Shown here: piece after piece, positions 38,402 through 50,100 of the stretch | Layout of the letters: the number at the start of each line of letters is the position of its first letter | Numbering within the stretch: the first letter of the stretch is position 1 | IMG/VR virus record: IMGVR_UViG_2627853746_000004 | Location: 1 to 64,000 of that record | Strand: one strand, 5' to 3' | DNA: 64,000 nucleotides | From: a virus | Lineage: Duplodnaviria; Caudoviricetes | The notes under the pieces: generated by a model | What the model saw: only the letters and a program-made list of their open reading frames with translations | Told to the model about the DNA's origin: nothing | The model's database searches: none | Program-made: the position numbers and the translations under genes

Positions 38402-39862
38402 TTGAAGTGGTATCATAAAGCCATATATTCATTTGCTAATGCAGTCCTACCGGCATCCGTAAAGCGTCAGATGATGGGTGTAGGCAGATCGACAATACCC
38501 AGCAATAACAATGCCTGGGGCATATTCAACTGGCTTCCGAAGAAGTACCAGAGGGCTCACAATATCGATCTGACCAAACTACAGAGCTACACGGCTGAAG
38601 AGCTGCTGGAGCTGCTTATTTCCGTTCACCCAGACATTTCTCATGCTTTGTACACCTACTTGCGAATGGGAGATACGCCACTGACTTTCACAGCTAAGAA
38701 GAAGACAGGCAGTGACGACAAGGCTGGACAACGGGCTCTGGATGAGATCAAAAGCATGCTTGAGACTCCTTTGCCGTCTCCAGGATATCAGCATGGACGG
38801 TCCTTGGATAAGTTGGACACGATTCAGCGCATGATGATCATGGTACGAGGGGCCTGTGCTGGTGAAGTGGTCCTGAATGAACGCTGCAATGATGTGATTG
38901 ATATCGTGCCAGTAGATCCGGCGTTGATCTGGTTTCGCAGGGAGCCGGTCACGAATAGATTGGTGCCGTGGCAGTATGTCAAGAATCCCGGCAGCAGGCA
39001 GACAGGCGAAGAATGGTTCGGGCAGTATAAGAAGATCGACACACCGACATTCATTTATGAAGAGTTTGACCCGATGGTTGATGATCCATATGGCCGGACC
39101 CCGTTCCTGCCGGTGCTACAAGTCGTATTCTTTCATCTGCAGGTGCTTCAGGATCTCAAGGCAGTCGTTCACAACCAGGGCTATCCGCGACTGGATATTT
39201 CGATGCTGGAAGAAATTATGCTGAAGAATGTTCCGCCCCAGTACAAGAACAATCCTTCAGGTCAACAGGCTTGGCTCAAGGAACGAATGGATGAAATGCT
39301 CAACCATTTCAATTCACTCAATCCTGACGATGCCTTAGTCCATTGGGATAGCGTAAAGGTCGAATACCTGAAGGGCGGCAACAGCGGCCCGATGATCGAT
39401 ATCAAGAAGCTGATCGACATCATTGATACGCAAATGGCTACAGGACTAAAGACGCTGCTCACCCTGTTATCCAGGCATCAAGGTTCCACAGAGACATACA
39501 GCTCAGTGGATACCCAAATATATATCAAGTCCGTAGAGTCCGCCCGGAGCGTAACCAAACGTTTCTGGAAGCGGGCTTTTTCTATGGCGGTAAGAGTGCG
39601 TGGAGTGCAGACACAGGTTGAAGCTGACTATGCTCTGATTGACTTACGTTCTGAAATGGAACGTGAGCGTGATCTACGGGCAAAGCTGAACAACTATGTG
39701 TTGGCTGAGAATAACTTCTACATCACTCCAGAAGAAGCAGCCAGTGAAGCTCGTTGGATAATGGGGCTTGACCCGAAAATTCCGGCTGAGTTGTTGCCGA
39801 AACTTGAAAAGAAACACGAACCCGAGCCGAACGAACAGATTCCACCGAATGGAGGTGAATAG
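38402..39862 (+). CDS. Portal protein
   Basis: Size and position; VPVDP and DPYGRTP motifs. Confidence 0.8.
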   Translation: MKWYHKAIYSFANAVLPASVKRQMMGVGRSTIPSNNNAWGIFNWLPKKYQRAHNIDLTKLQSYTAEELLELLISVHPDISHALYTYLRMGDTPLTFTAKKKTGSDDKAGQRALDEIKSMLETPLPSPGYQHGRSLDKLDTIQRMMIMVRGACAGEVVLNERCNDVIDIVPVDPALIWFRREPVTNRLVPWQYVKNPGSRQTGEEWFGQYKKIDTPTFIYEEFDPMVDDPYGRTPFLPVLQVVFFHLQVLQDLKAVVHNQGYPRLDISMLEEIMLKNVPPQYKNNPSGQQAWLKERMDEMLNHFNSLNPDDALVHWDSVKVEYLKGGNSGPMIDIKKLIDIIDTQMATGLKTLLTLLSRHQGSTETYSSVDTQIYIKSVESARSVTKRFWKRAFSMAVRVRGVQTQVEADYALIDLRSEMERERDLRAKLNNYVLAENNFYITPEEAASEARWIMGLDPKIPAELLPKLEKKHEPEPNEQIPPNGGE

Positions 39863-39867
39863 CCAAT

Positions 39868-40080
39868 ATGCAACCAACAGTAGGACGTGTTGTACATTAC
39901 CAAAGCTACGGTACGCCGGGCGGTGAGTTTAAAAGTGAACCGAGAGCGGCAATCATCACTCAGGTTCACAATGCAACATGCGTTGATTTGTGCGTACTTA
40001 ACCCAACAGGATTGTTCTTCAACCAAAACGTTGTTCAGGGCCAAGACGGTGGCAAATGGGATTGGCCTGCAAGAGTTTAA
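39868..40080 (+). CDS. Small phage protein
   Basis: PTVGRVVHY...RAAIITQV...VLNPTG. Confidence 0.7.
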   Translation: MQPTVGRVVHYQSYGTPGGEFKSEPRAAIITQVHNATCVDLCVLNPTGLFFNQNVVQGQDGGKWDWPARV

Positions 40081-40152
40081 TCTGAGGCGCCAAGGCGCGA
40101 GAGGTGATCCCATATCTAATTTTCATTACGAGAGGGAGGTGAGTATAAGTAA

Positions 40153-41457
40153 ATGGCAAAACCGACAGCTGAGCAATTGGCGAAGATTAATCAGAAAGCC
40201 CTAGTATCTCTTACTGATGAACAAGTCAATGTCTTTCAGGCTAGGATTATCGGAACCAAGCGGATAGAGAAGTACATGATGAAGGTAACTCCAAATTTCC
40301 TTCGGAAAATGGCCGATCAAGTTAAAGAAGGGGTCGCCTTACTGGTAGATCATCCTTGGCAAAAGTGGGATGCCTTATCATTTCCTTATGGACGGACCTT
40401 TGACAGCAAGATTGTTGAAGAAGGCGGCGAACTGGAACTATACGGCGACCACTACATGGCAAAAGGCCTTGAAGCTAACGGTATCTCGACAGACCAACTG
40501 GCTATAGGCATTGATGCAGGTACAATCTTTGATACGTCAGCCGGGTTTGTTTCCACGAAACACACTTGCAGTATCTGCGGCGGGGATTATTTCAGAGGTT
40601 CGGAATGCTCTCATATGAGAGGCCAAGAGTACGAAGGTAAGGAATGCCTTGTCCTCGCTGATGATGGATACATCATGGAGAACTCTATTGTGTTTGACGG
40701 TGGCTATGAGGGAGCTGGGATAACTCGCGGATCTCTATCAACAAAACCTCATGCTGAGGCAGATGATCAACAGCAAACTGAATACGAACCACTTCCCTTA
40801 GATGCGAAGTCGCTGAATGGCGATGGACGCGTCTTTTATTTTTTCAGCAACAAAGGCGGCATGAATGCTTTTGTATCCAAACAGCACCAAACATTAGAAC
40901 AGGCCAAGATACAGGCCGAAGGAGATGACACTGTGACAGAAGAACAAAAGGCTGCTTTAGCAGCAGCGCAAACCCAAGCAACTGCACTGGCGGCTGCAAA
41001 TGGTGTACTCGGACAAATCCGGGTGGCACTCGGTGTAGAAAACGATGCTGATATCCAGGCGAAGCTTACGGCGCTAAGCGCTCAGGCCGCAGATGGTGCA
41101 GCATATAAGGTCAAGGTTACTGAACAAGCCTGCGGAGCCGGTGTCCGGGCATTGGGTGATGCATTCAACGTTGAAGCAATGAAAACAGCGCTGTCCCATC
41201 TACCGGTATCTGAGATTGAGAAGATCAACGCTACTTATGAAGCACAGGCACAAGCTGCATTGGGTGGCGGTGGTCGCCACACCGAGGGCGATAATCTTGA
41301 TCTTCCAGCAGGGGCGGCGAATGGAACACCACCTGCGAATGCACAGGCAAACGGCGCTCAGAAAACACCGGAACAGTTGAGAGAAGCGGCCAAGGCAGAA
41401 GCTCGGGCATCACTCTCTAAGACTGGATACGGCGGAATTATGAAGGAGGCGAAATAA
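40153..41457 (+). CDS. Prohead protease/scaffold protein
   Basis: LLVDH, TSAGF, CSICG..C.H, ENSIV; Ala-rich scaffold tail. Confidence 0.75.
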   Translation: MAKPTAEQLAKINQKALVSLTDEQVNVFQARIIGTKRIEKYMMKVTPNFLRKMADQVKEGVALLVDHPWQKWDALSFPYGRTFDSKIVEEGGELELYGDHYMAKGLEANGISTDQLAIGIDAGTIFDTSAGFVSTKHTCSICGGDYFRGSECSHMRGQEYEGKECLVLADDGYIMENSIVFDGGYEGAGITRGSLSTKPHAEADDQQQTEYEPLPLDAKSLNGDGRVFYFFSNKGGMNAFVSKQHQTLEQAKIQAEGDDTVTEEQKAALAAAQTQATALAAANGVLGQIRVALGVENDADIQAKLTALSAQAADGAAYKVKVTEQACGAGVRALGDAFNVEAMKTALSHLPVSEIEKINATYEAQAQAALGGGGRHTEGDNLDLPAGAANGTPPANAQANGAQKTPEQLREAAKAEARASLSKTGYGGIMKEAK

Positions 41458-41460
41458 CGT

Positions 41461-41841
41461 ATGAACGGAACTAATTACGGCGGATATCCCGGCCCAGGAC
41501 AAATGTTTACACAGGAGTTCACAGAGGTCCTGCTTTCAACGGATCTCCAAGCGAAACTGCCAGGCGGAATCCTTTTGAAACAAGGTCAAGGCATTGTCAA
41601 AAAAGGGACAATCATAGGCAGGATTTCAACAGCCGGAGCAGACAAAGACAAAGCGGTGGCTTACAGTTCGGCCGCAACCAATGGATCAGAAGTTGCTCTG
41701 TGCATCCTTGATAACGACCAGGATACAACGCTTACTGACATGCCGGCTTCGGCATGGATTGCCGGTATTTTTGATTCAGCAAAATTGACAGGTCTTGATG
41801 CTGATGCAAAAGCAGCACTCAAGCTCTGCTACTTCGGTTAA
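41461..41841 (+). CDS. Head decoration protein
   Basis: Lambda D-like size and position; KKGTIIGRI...NGSEVALCIL. Confidence 0.75.
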   Translation: MNGTNYGGYPGPGQMFTQEFTEVLLSTDLQAKLPGGILLKQGQGIVKKGTIIGRISTAGADKDKAVAYSSAATNGSEVALCILDNDQDTTLTDMPASAWIAGIFDSAKLTGLDADAKAALKLCYFG

Positions 41842-41855
41842 GGGAGGAAAAACAA

Positions 41856-42869
41856 TTGCCAAACGTACTTGATCCATACTACCAAACTGAGGTAGTACAG
41901 AATATCCGCACGGATATCAACTCCTTCCGTGGAGCGCAACTGCTTACTGGTGGCGTTGAACTCAAAACGGAAACCAGTCTTACCATTGAATATGACATTG
42001 TCAATGACGATACCGGCATGACACCACCTACTCAAATGAATGATCCATCGCCTATCCACTCTGCACCACCGATTGGTCACATGAATTTCACCAACCAGGA
42101 ATGGCGTGAAAAAGCTATCATTGATCGTGAGAAGATTGCAAAGCTTCGCAAGCCTGGTGGTCCATTGGATGAACTCTGGGGCGAAGAATACATGGTTGAA
42201 CAACTGGTCAATCTGAATGGCCGTCTGGAAACACGTTTCGAGTGGATGCGATGGAAGCCACTCTCGGGAACTCTTGTAATCCCAGCGACCAAAACTATGC
42301 CTTCAAGAACGATTGATTACAAAGTTCCTGCTGCAAACAAACCAACGGCCGCGACTCTTTGGAGCAACTTGGCTGCTGCTGATCCATTGTCTGATTTGGA
42401 CCTTTGGAAGTTGCTATTCCGTGGAACCGGTGCAAGACCATATGGTTTCTTCGTAAATCAGAAGACAGACAACCTTTTGAAGCAGAATGCAAAAATCCGC
42501 GACTTGCTGAGAACACAGTATGGCCGTGATCTTATTGCTGCTGATTCATTGTCGTTCATCATTAAACAGCAGTTGGGCGGCTTGACGTATGAGGTTTATG
42601 ACAGTGGATACATTGACGATGCCGGTAACTTCCAGCCATTCATTCCGGACGGCGTTGCAATTATGGTAGGTCAAGGCATGACCGGAAACATGATGGACTT
42701 GGTAACAAGCCCTAATAACTACGAGGACATTTTCAACGGCCATGTTGGCAAGTTTGCATTGACGAAAGAAATCGGTGATGATCCAAAACAATGGACCATC
42801 GTTAATGGTGCTACCGTGCTGCCTCGTATGCGTCATACAAACTGGCATGTTTACGCGACTATCGCGTAA
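41856..42869 (+). CDS. Major capsid protein (lambda E-like)
   Basis: RFEWMR...G, IDY, ADPLSDL; position. Confidence 0.85.
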   Translation: MPNVLDPYYQTEVVQNIRTDINSFRGAQLLTGGVELKTETSLTIEYDIVNDDTGMTPPTQMNDPSPIHSAPPIGHMNFTNQEWREKAIIDREKIAKLRKPGGPLDELWGEEYMVEQLVNLNGRLETRFEWMRWKPLSGTLVIPATKTMPSRTIDYKVPAANKPTAATLWSNLAAADPLSDLDLWKLLFRGTGARPYGFFVNQKTDNLLKQNAKIRDLLRTQYGRDLIAADSLSFIIKQQLGGLTYEVYDSGYIDDAGNFQPFIPDGVAIMVGQGMTGNMMDLVTSPNNYEDIFNGHVGKFALTKEIGDDPKQWTIVNGATVLPRMRHTNWHVYATIA

Positions 42870-42883
42870 GGAAGGAGGTTAAC

Positions 42884-43294
42884 ATGACCATTGTAAGAAT
42901 ACTGAATGGATACGTGGGCGGTTGGGCTCCGGGGGATATCGTAAAAGATGCCCCCGAAGGTCTTATTGAAATTGCTCGGGATGGAGTTAAAAACCTAGCA
43001 ACTGGTGAACTCATTGCCGAGATTATCGAAGGCGACTCAAATGGTTCAGGAGATACATCGGAGAGAGAACAGCAGCTGCAAATCGAGTTGAACGAATCCA
43101 AGAATCGTGAAGCTGAGTTGTTAGCTCAAATTGCCGAACTACAATCCAAGTCTGATAACGGAGAAGCTGACGATGAAGTGAAAGAATTGAAGGCAACGGC
43201 TAAGGAGTTGAAAATCCCTGGCTATACCAAAATGGACGCTGAAGAGTTGAAGAAGGCTATCAGCGCTGCCGGTGGTGACGGTGATGGCAAATAA
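42884..43294 (+). CDS. Head-associated protein with Rho-N/HeH-like C-terminus
   Basis: VKELKATAKELKIPGYTKMDAEELKKAI. Confidence 0.65.
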   Translation: MTIVRILNGYVGGWAPGDIVKDAPEGLIEIARDGVKNLATGELIAEIIEGDSNGSGDTSEREQQLQIELNESKNREAELLAQIAELQSKSDNGEADDEVKELKATAKELKIPGYTKMDAEELKKAISAAGGDGDGK

Positions 43295-43721
43295 GATCCT
43301 CACTACGGAAACGTACCACGAGGAAATAAGAGGGCGTCTAGGAGTCGGTGAGGATGTAATATCCGATGCCGATATAGACGCCCTTTCTGTTTTAACTATT
43401 GCCGAAGCTAAGGTGATTGCAGCAGTGCCGGACTACGCCGAGTTGGTTGATGATGATAGGAACTATGTGTATGCAGCGGCTGTAACTATGGTCGCTGCTA
43501 TGCTGGCTCCATCCATGACGGCCAGAATCGCCAAGTCCAAGAAAGACTTCGATTTCTCTATTGAGAATCAAGTTGTGGACTGGCGTGCATATGGAATCCA
43601 ACTGGTTGACGATGCTTATGCACTGATTGATCTGATATCTACAGTTACACCGAGCGCTGATGCTCCGATATTCGGCGTTGCTGGTCCAACGCGATTCAAG
43701 GAAAGGTGGCGGAACTGCTAA
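43284..43721 (+). CDS. Putative head-tail adaptor
   Basis: Position and size. Confidence 0.6.
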   Translation: MANKILTTETYHEEIRGRLGVGEDVISDADIDALSVLTIAEAKVIAAVPDYAELVDDDRNYVYAAAVTMVAAMLAPSMTARIAKSKKDFDFSIENQVVDWRAYGIQLVDDAYALIDLISTVTPSADAPIFGVAGPTRFKERWRNC

Positions 43722-44290
43722 TGTTCAAACAATTTGCTCACCGCCATTCACCTTGTACTGTCAATGGATTGCCGGATGTCGTCATACTGTCCAGGGATAC
43801 CCGAGCAACGACGATTGTCGGTAAGGAATACATGTATAATGGCGTGTTTGCGCCAACTTCCCCAGTGACTCCTGGAGACTTGATTGATAACGGGGACACG
43901 TTTCTTGTACAGACACTGCGTTTGACCACAGAGAGGGATAAATACTGTTCTTTAATCAAGACCAATGCAACAATCACCGTACAGCGCTATTCGCAAGAAT
44001 ACGACGATAATGACAATCCTATCGGCGATGAAGAATATAGACCCATTGCCGAGAATGTTATCGCCTTTGCTCAATACGTCACAGCGCGGCTTCGCCAGGA
44101 TGATCCGGGCTTGCTGCCCTCCACATCATACACGTTGCAGTTACAAACAACGGTTGATATAAAAGATCCGCAAGATGCCATCCACCCCGATCAAGTCATT
44201 CTGCATGGCAAGGCATATCAGGTAGATGCCGTTGATGTGGTCAAATACCCCAATCTCCTGCATGTGCAGTTATCGGACAGTGTCCGATGA
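43721..44290 (+). CDS. Putative head closure protein
   Basis: Position and size. Confidence 0.55.
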   Translation: MFKQFAHRHSPCTVNGLPDVVILSRDTRATTIVGKEYMYNGVFAPTSPVTPGDLIDNGDTFLVQTLRLTTERDKYCSLIKTNATITVQRYSQEYDDNDNPIGDEEYRPIAENVIAFAQYVTARLRQDDPGLLPSTSYTLQLQTTVDIKDPQDAIHPDQVILHGKAYQVDAVDVVKYPNLLHVQLSDSVR

Positions 44291-44865
44291 TTACCGGATA
44301 TGATGCCGTAAGGGCGTCTAAGGACCTCGAAAGCAAGTTGGCAGTTGAGATTACCGGACTCACGAAACTCGTGTTACTGACCGCCAAGGGCGGTATACGG
44401 TATTATCCAGCAGTAAGAGACAAGATACAGATGGAAATGTTCGTGCTTGCAAACAAAATGATCGAAGGCGACATCACCGCCGACTATTGGCAGGCATGGC
44501 TTGAACAGTTCGGTAAAGGTTCCTTAATGGCCGATACTTCGCAAAACCCTGGGTTGGTTACCTACATGAATTCCGATGCATGGAACCGTCTGAGATCGCG
44601 CGGTAGGAAGGTGGTTGTCGGGCGTGGGCAAGGAAATTACAAAAGCATTGATGGAACAATGCGATATTCAGGTGGTGGTTATGCTGGAGTGGACCTGGAG
44701 GAACTAGCTGAACGCGGTGATATTGATCCAAAGTTCAAGCCAACACCTCCAACCTATTTCCTGCGTATCGCTATCCAGTCCAACCGAACCCGAATCCTGC
44801 AAGGCATCGCAGAGGTAATTGAAAACTTCCCGTACCACCGGTACTTTCTGGAGGACAAGCAATGA
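44287..44865 (+). CDS. Putative neck/tail completion protein
   Basis: LEQFGKG...PTYFLR, HK97 gp10-like position. Confidence 0.55.
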   Translation: MITGYDAVRASKDLESKLAVEITGLTKLVLLTAKGGIRYYPAVRDKIQMEMFVLANKMIEGDITADYWQAWLEQFGKGSLMADTSQNPGLVTYMNSDAWNRLRSRGRKVVVGRGQGNYKSIDGTMRYSGGGYAGVDLEELAERGDIDPKFKPTPPTYFLRIAIQSNRTRILQGIAEVIENFPYHRYFLEDKQ

Positions 44866-45296
44866 GTTTACAACTGATTGACGCTATACAGAACACACAC
44901 AAGGCTGACGCGGCGTTCATGGCTTTGCTTAAGCTTTTACCTACTGCAAACGGCGAGCAGATGGCGGCGCGATTTACAAAAGGCGTGGAGCCGGAAATTG
45001 TGGTCTCCAAGGATACAGTACCTCATATCTGTCAGTACATTATGCCGGGTCAATATGGTAGAAATCATCTTGTTTTTAAAGGGAAGTTTTGTTTGGACTT
45101 TTACGGAAAGACGGGATATGAAGCGAAACTGCTGTTCGAAAGATCATTCAAGCTTTTTCATGACGACCATATTATTCAACCGGGATTCAATTCCTTCCGT
45201 TGTAGTCTTGCTTATGATGGCGACTTTTCCACTGGCATAGCCGGCGTCAAAGGCTACAAAGGAATTTATGATGTCGATTATATCCGTACGAATTAA
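44862..45296 (+). CDS. Putative tail terminator
   Basis: Position before the tail tube. Confidence 0.55.
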   Translation: MSLQLIDAIQNTHKADAAFMALLKLLPTANGEQMAARFTKGVEPEIVVSKDTVPHICQYIMPGQYGRNHLVFKGKFCLDFYGKTGYEAKLLFERSFKLFHDDHIIQPGFNSFRCSLAYDGDFSTGIAGVKGYKGIYDVDYIRTN

Positions 45297-45365
45297 GCAG
45301 GATAGCAGGATAAACGGCAGTATAAAGTATAAGTGAAGAAATACGAGGAACGGGGTGAACCATTG

Positions 45366-45551
45366 ATGGATAAGCCTGATCTCAAAAAAGATCCGTCTGA
45401 AGTTGAGAAGCTGGTGAAAGAAAAAGTTTCCCTAGCTAGAAAACTCGGCATATGGGAATCTTTTAATCCAGTTGAAGATTATCAAAACAAAGAAGAATTT
45501 GCTCAGATTACCGAAATTGACAAACGCCTATCCGTAATCATTAACGGCTAG
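45366..45551 (+). CDS. Hypothetical protein
   Basis: GGGGTGA RBS. Confidence 0.5.
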   Translation: MDKPDLKKDPSEVEKLVKEKVSLARKLGIWESFNPVEDYQNKEEFAQITEIDKRLSVIING

Positions 45552-45582
45552 GTTTTTTTAATGTCCTAAGGAGGGATAAGGA

Positions 45583-46365
45583 ATGGGTATTTCACCGAAA
45601 CAGTGGGTTGTAGATGACATTTCGAATGCAGCCCTGTTTGATCTTGCTACTGGAGATCCAATGGCTTACTTTGAACGGCTCGGAAAGTTAACGCTGACAA
45701 TTGCCGCACCGCAGCAGCGTGTGTACGGCGGTACAAGCAAATATGCTTTTCACTTGACTGAACAGGACGCGGAATCAAGTGTGCAAATTGAAAACGCCGT
45801 CCTGGACCTTAACCAACTTGTCGCAGCGACAGGAGCAGAAATTACAACCGGCAGTACAGTAGTGCCGCGTGTCGAAAAACTCACAGTTTTGACTGGAGCA
45901 ACCTTCACTTTGTCTAAAGGAGCAACTCTGGTTGCTGGCAGCGACCGAATCATCGTGGCAACAAAAGGTTTGACAAACTCAGGGGTGCAATTAACACGCG
46001 TTGCTTCTGCACCTACTGCACTTCAATATTCGATCACAGTAGCCGGTGTTGTAACTTTGGGCGATTCAACATTGGTAGGAAAAGACGTTCGTGCCTTTTA
46101 CGACTCAACCTCTGCTACTGGTACGGCTACGTCCATCAAGACGGACACTAAAAATAAGGCATATAAATTCGTAGCTTACGGTAAAGCCTTGGATGATGAA
46201 ACTAACGAATGGTTTGAATGCGTTATTGTCATCTATAAGTCTCAAATGCTGGGATCGTTCGTCATTGATCAGCAACGGAAATCGGCAACCACCAGTTCTA
46301 TCGAACTTGCGGTGCTCGATCCAAGTCGGGCAGACAAAAAAGCGATTGATATTCTAACGGCCTAA
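45583..46365 (+). CDS. Major tail tube protein
   Basis: Position before chaperones and tape measure; Thr/Ala-rich beta content. Confidence 0.7.
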   Translation: MGISPKQWVVDDISNAALFDLATGDPMAYFERLGKLTLTIAAPQQRVYGGTSKYAFHLTEQDAESSVQIENAVLDLNQLVAATGAEITTGSTVVPRVEKLTVLTGATFTLSKGATLVAGSDRIIVATKGLTNSGVQLTRVASAPTALQYSITVAGVVTLGDSTLVGKDVRAFYDSTSATGTATSIKTDTKNKAYKFVAYGKALDDETNEWFECVIVIYKSQMLGSFVIDQQRKSATTSSIELAVLDPSRADKKAIDILTA

Positions 46366-46399
46366 TTAATTGGGGGCGAAAGTCCCCATATCCTAATAC

Positions 46400-46744
46400 A
46401 TGGAGGCAAGCGTAATGGAAGATCAAGAAAAAATGGATTTGATTTTGGGCATTGGACCAAAAGTAACGCTGTCCCCGGATGTCACTAAGACTCTCCGAGT
46501 TGGCACGCTCAAGCAAATCAAGGAAGTTGGGGCGTTGTACAAAGACGGGCTTACCCAACTTAAATATGCGGCAGTGTTCCAAGAAGGAGATGAACAGAAA
46601 GCCACATACGACAAGTGGTCTGAAATTCTGAACATCGTGTTCATTGAGGGGTTCGACGGGGCAGAAATCGAAGAATATATTCCAGAGGTGTTGGAGGAAG
46701 CCGTCGATCGATTTCTCTTCAGTAAGTCAGGGGCCGGAGCGTAA
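46400..46744 (+). CDS. Tail assembly chaperone (G-like)
   Basis: Acidic; between tube and tape measure. Confidence 0.65.
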   Translation: MEASVMEDQEKMDLILGIGPKVTLSPDVTKTLRVGTLKQIKEVGALYKDGLTQLKYAAVFQEGDEQKATYDKWSEILNIVFIEGFDGAEIEEYIPEVLEEAVDRFLFSKSGAGA

Positions 46745-46994
46745 GAGCCGAGGCAAAAGTAAGCCGGGGGAAGAAAGTGAGCCATTAACAATGTACGAAC
46801 TTTACGGCAGGTTATCTCGCCGTAAACTCTCAAAGCCCTGGTATGATCATAATTGGTACGAAGTGATTGCTATATTTGACGACATGAACGAAGAAATGAA
46901 AGAGCAGATTCGTCTGCACGGTGGAGAAATTGAAGAACCCAAACCACTGACAAGAAGTGGCATCGCTGAAATTCTGAGCTTTTTCAACCGATAG
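46644..46994 (+). CDS. Tail assembly chaperone extension (T-like), in the +1 frame
   Basis: Overlapping open frame; no strong RBS at ATG 46791. Confidence 0.5.
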   Translation: MRGSTGQKSKNIFQRCWRKPSIDFSSVSQGPERKSRGKSKPGEESEPLTMYELYGRLSRRKLSKPWYDHNWYEVIAIFDDMNEEMKEQIRLHGGEIEEPKPLTRSGIAEILSFFNR

Positions 46995-47111
46995 ATACAC
47001 ATTCCAAAGAGACCTCCGTCACCAAGCGGTAGGTCTCTTTTTCTGTATATACGGATCAAACCGAAGCTAAGGAAAATTTTCCTTATCAAACCCAAGAGGG
47101 GTGAAGATACA

Positions 47112-50100
47112 TTGACAGATATGGGCAAGGATGTAGTTGGAGCAAGGCTTAAGCTGGATACATCTAAAATGCTGCCTGCATTTCAGGCGATTGATAGAGG
47201 AGCAAAAGGCAACGCCGAAACTTTCAAGGTACTCAATCAAGAAATTAACGTCACTACTAAAAATTATACCGCCTTGGCCGGAGCAGCAGATAAACTCGCG
47301 CTGACATCCGAAGATCGGCGAAAGAAGATCATGGCTGAGTCTGATGCTTTGGTTAAGCAGCGTAATGCTCAAACTGCACTGATCAAAGCAAAAAAGAGTC
47401 AACTAGATCAGACCAATCAATTGGTAGATGCTAAACTCGCCGCGCAAATGGCAATCGTAGTCAAGAGAGAGAACGCTATTGAGCAGCAAGAGCGGGAACA
47501 CCTTAAGCGCATGGAGGCCCTTCAAAACCGGGCGAATAAAACTGCGGGGAGCAGTTCAACGGGGACATCAAGCACAGCTGACAGCACTCGGGAGCGCGTG
47601 CTAAGAGAAGAACAATCAATTCGGCAGAAGCTTGCTCAGATGGAAGAGAAAGAAGCCCAACTTGCTCGTAAGACTGCTGCAGAACGTGAAGCTGCGGTGC
47701 GTTCCCAGGAACAAAAGGAAATCCAGATGCGGGAACGGGTCTTGCAAGAAGAACAGAAGATACGCGCAGCCCTGAAAGCTAGAGAACAACAGGAAGCCAA
47801 TATCCGGGAACGGATCATCCAGGAGGAGCAGAAGGTTCGCAGAGCGCTTGTGACCCGGGAACAGCAAGAAATCAAAATGCGTGAGCGTATACTCGCTGAA
47901 GAGAAGAAGGTATTACAATCCCTTATTTCAACCGAAAATCAAATGAATCACATGGGGAAAAATACGGGTTTTCTAACTCAAATTAAGGATGCAGCCATCC
48001 ATGCTGCTGTTTTCCATACCGTTTTCCGTTCGATGATGACCGTTCAGGAAGCCATGAAAGAAGGTATCGTGGATATTGAATCCAACATGGCGGGGTACGT
48101 GCAGACCAACGAGCACTATTTCTTGGAATACAATCAAGGTACAGGCGAAATGGTAATGAACACAAAACTCCTGAATGCCGAAACCGAAAAGTTCATCCAT
48201 ACCACACATGACCTTGGATCTGAAATCACCGATGTAACCGAATCAGCGCGTCTATGGGGCCGTATGTACAAAGATGCTGGAATAGTTCAGGAAATGGTAC
48301 GCAAGTCCACCATGCTATCTACAGTCGATCTTGTGAGTCTAGAAGATGCTACAAAGAGCATGGAATCTACACTTGCGCAATACGGGGTGCAGATCAAAGA
48401 CGCAAATGATGCTGCTGTGCTAGGTGGACGTATCCTAGATTCTTGGTCTAAGGTAGCTCATGATACTATGGCTCCGGCACAGGACTTGGGAGCGGCGTTT
48501 GAACGGACGGGTAAAATAGCTGCGGAGACTGGCGTTAGTTTTGATGTAATGAATGGCTTAATCTCTTCCGGTATTCGTAATACTGCGCTATCCGGGGAGA
48601 ACCTGGGTAACATGTGGAAGACGGTTCTAGGTACGATCCGGACGGATAAAGCGGTGGCTGAAATTGAAAGCCTGGGAGTAGCCACGAAGGAAGTTGTTGA
48701 CGGTACTGAACAATGGCGCAGAGCGGATGATATCTTACTCGACCTGTCTACTAAAGTAATCGATAAGAACTATGATTTGACGAAGTCCTATGCGGATATT
48801 TCGCGCGGTGTCTATCAGTATGCCAAACTGGCAGCGTCCCTTAATGCTGGGGACATCCTCTTAGGCACAGCAGCATCCATCGGTTCTACTGGATCTACAC
48901 TGGAATACCTGAAAGTTCAGATGGATACGATATCGCGGAAGGCGGCACAAGCAAAAGCTTCCCTTTTGGAGATATTTAATCAAGCTGGGGATGATGGACT
49001 ACGAGCTGCCATTAAGAAATCTCTGGACGTTATCGATCAATTGCTAATTGGCCTCACCAAGATTCCTAAGGGGGCTTTTGCGGCAACCGCAACGCTTGGT
49101 GGGTTGCTGGGGCTATATAAACTAATCGCGCCATTATTGACCCAATGGAGAGCAGCGCAGACCGCACTGAACACAGCCATTGCGATGCATACAACTCTAC
49201 AAACAGCAGCCACAGCCGAAATGGTTGTGTATACTGCAGCGGCTAAAGTAGCAATGGCTACAACGGCTGCTTGGACTGCCGGCCTTACCTTGTTAGTTGG
49301 CGCTATTGCTGTATTTGTATATCAAAGCGGAAAAGCCGAAAAGGCTCAACGTGAGCATGCGCAGGCTATGAAGGATGAAGATGCTGCCAGTCAGCAAATG
49401 ATTAGTCAACTCCAACGGCAAATCGAATTGCTGCCCAAGCTTGTGAATGCTCATAAATCCTTGGAATCATCTCTACAGTCTGCGAACCTATCTGAGCAGA
49501 AACAAACGCAGATCAAGAAACAACTGCACGAAGTTTCTAAGGCGTTGGTCATTACATTGGGTGAAGAAGGGGCGAAGCAACTCGAAACAGCCGGATATAC
49601 TGACGAGGCCGTACAGATTCAAGTAAAGGCTTTAAACCAACTCATCGAAAAGCAGAATGAAGCAAGAATGAACGTTCTTGCCGACCAGCAAAATCAGGTC
49701 AATAAGGACTTAGAAAAAAACCTTGCCGAGATCAATAAAGCCAAAGATAAACTGAATAATCTAAAAACAAGTCTACTTGCCCAGACGGGGCAATTTGTAA
49801 AGAATGTATTCACATTTAAGGATCTGGATGATTCCTCGAAATCCGTGAAGGCGTTGGAGGACAAAATAGCCAGTCTTACAGTCAAAAACAATGAGTTAAA
49901 TGCCTCGTCTGCTGACTTAGGCGTTCAGATGTCATCATTAATTCTTCAAGAAGACCAGTTTGCAGGTAAAGCAGGGACGGCATCGGAATCCGCATCGGAT
50001 CAAGCGGAAGTGCTTGCTGATTTACGAGAACAAATTGATGGTAACGGCTCTGCCATTAGTGAGATGAACACCCTCCTGAAAGAAATGACCGGAGAGCAGT

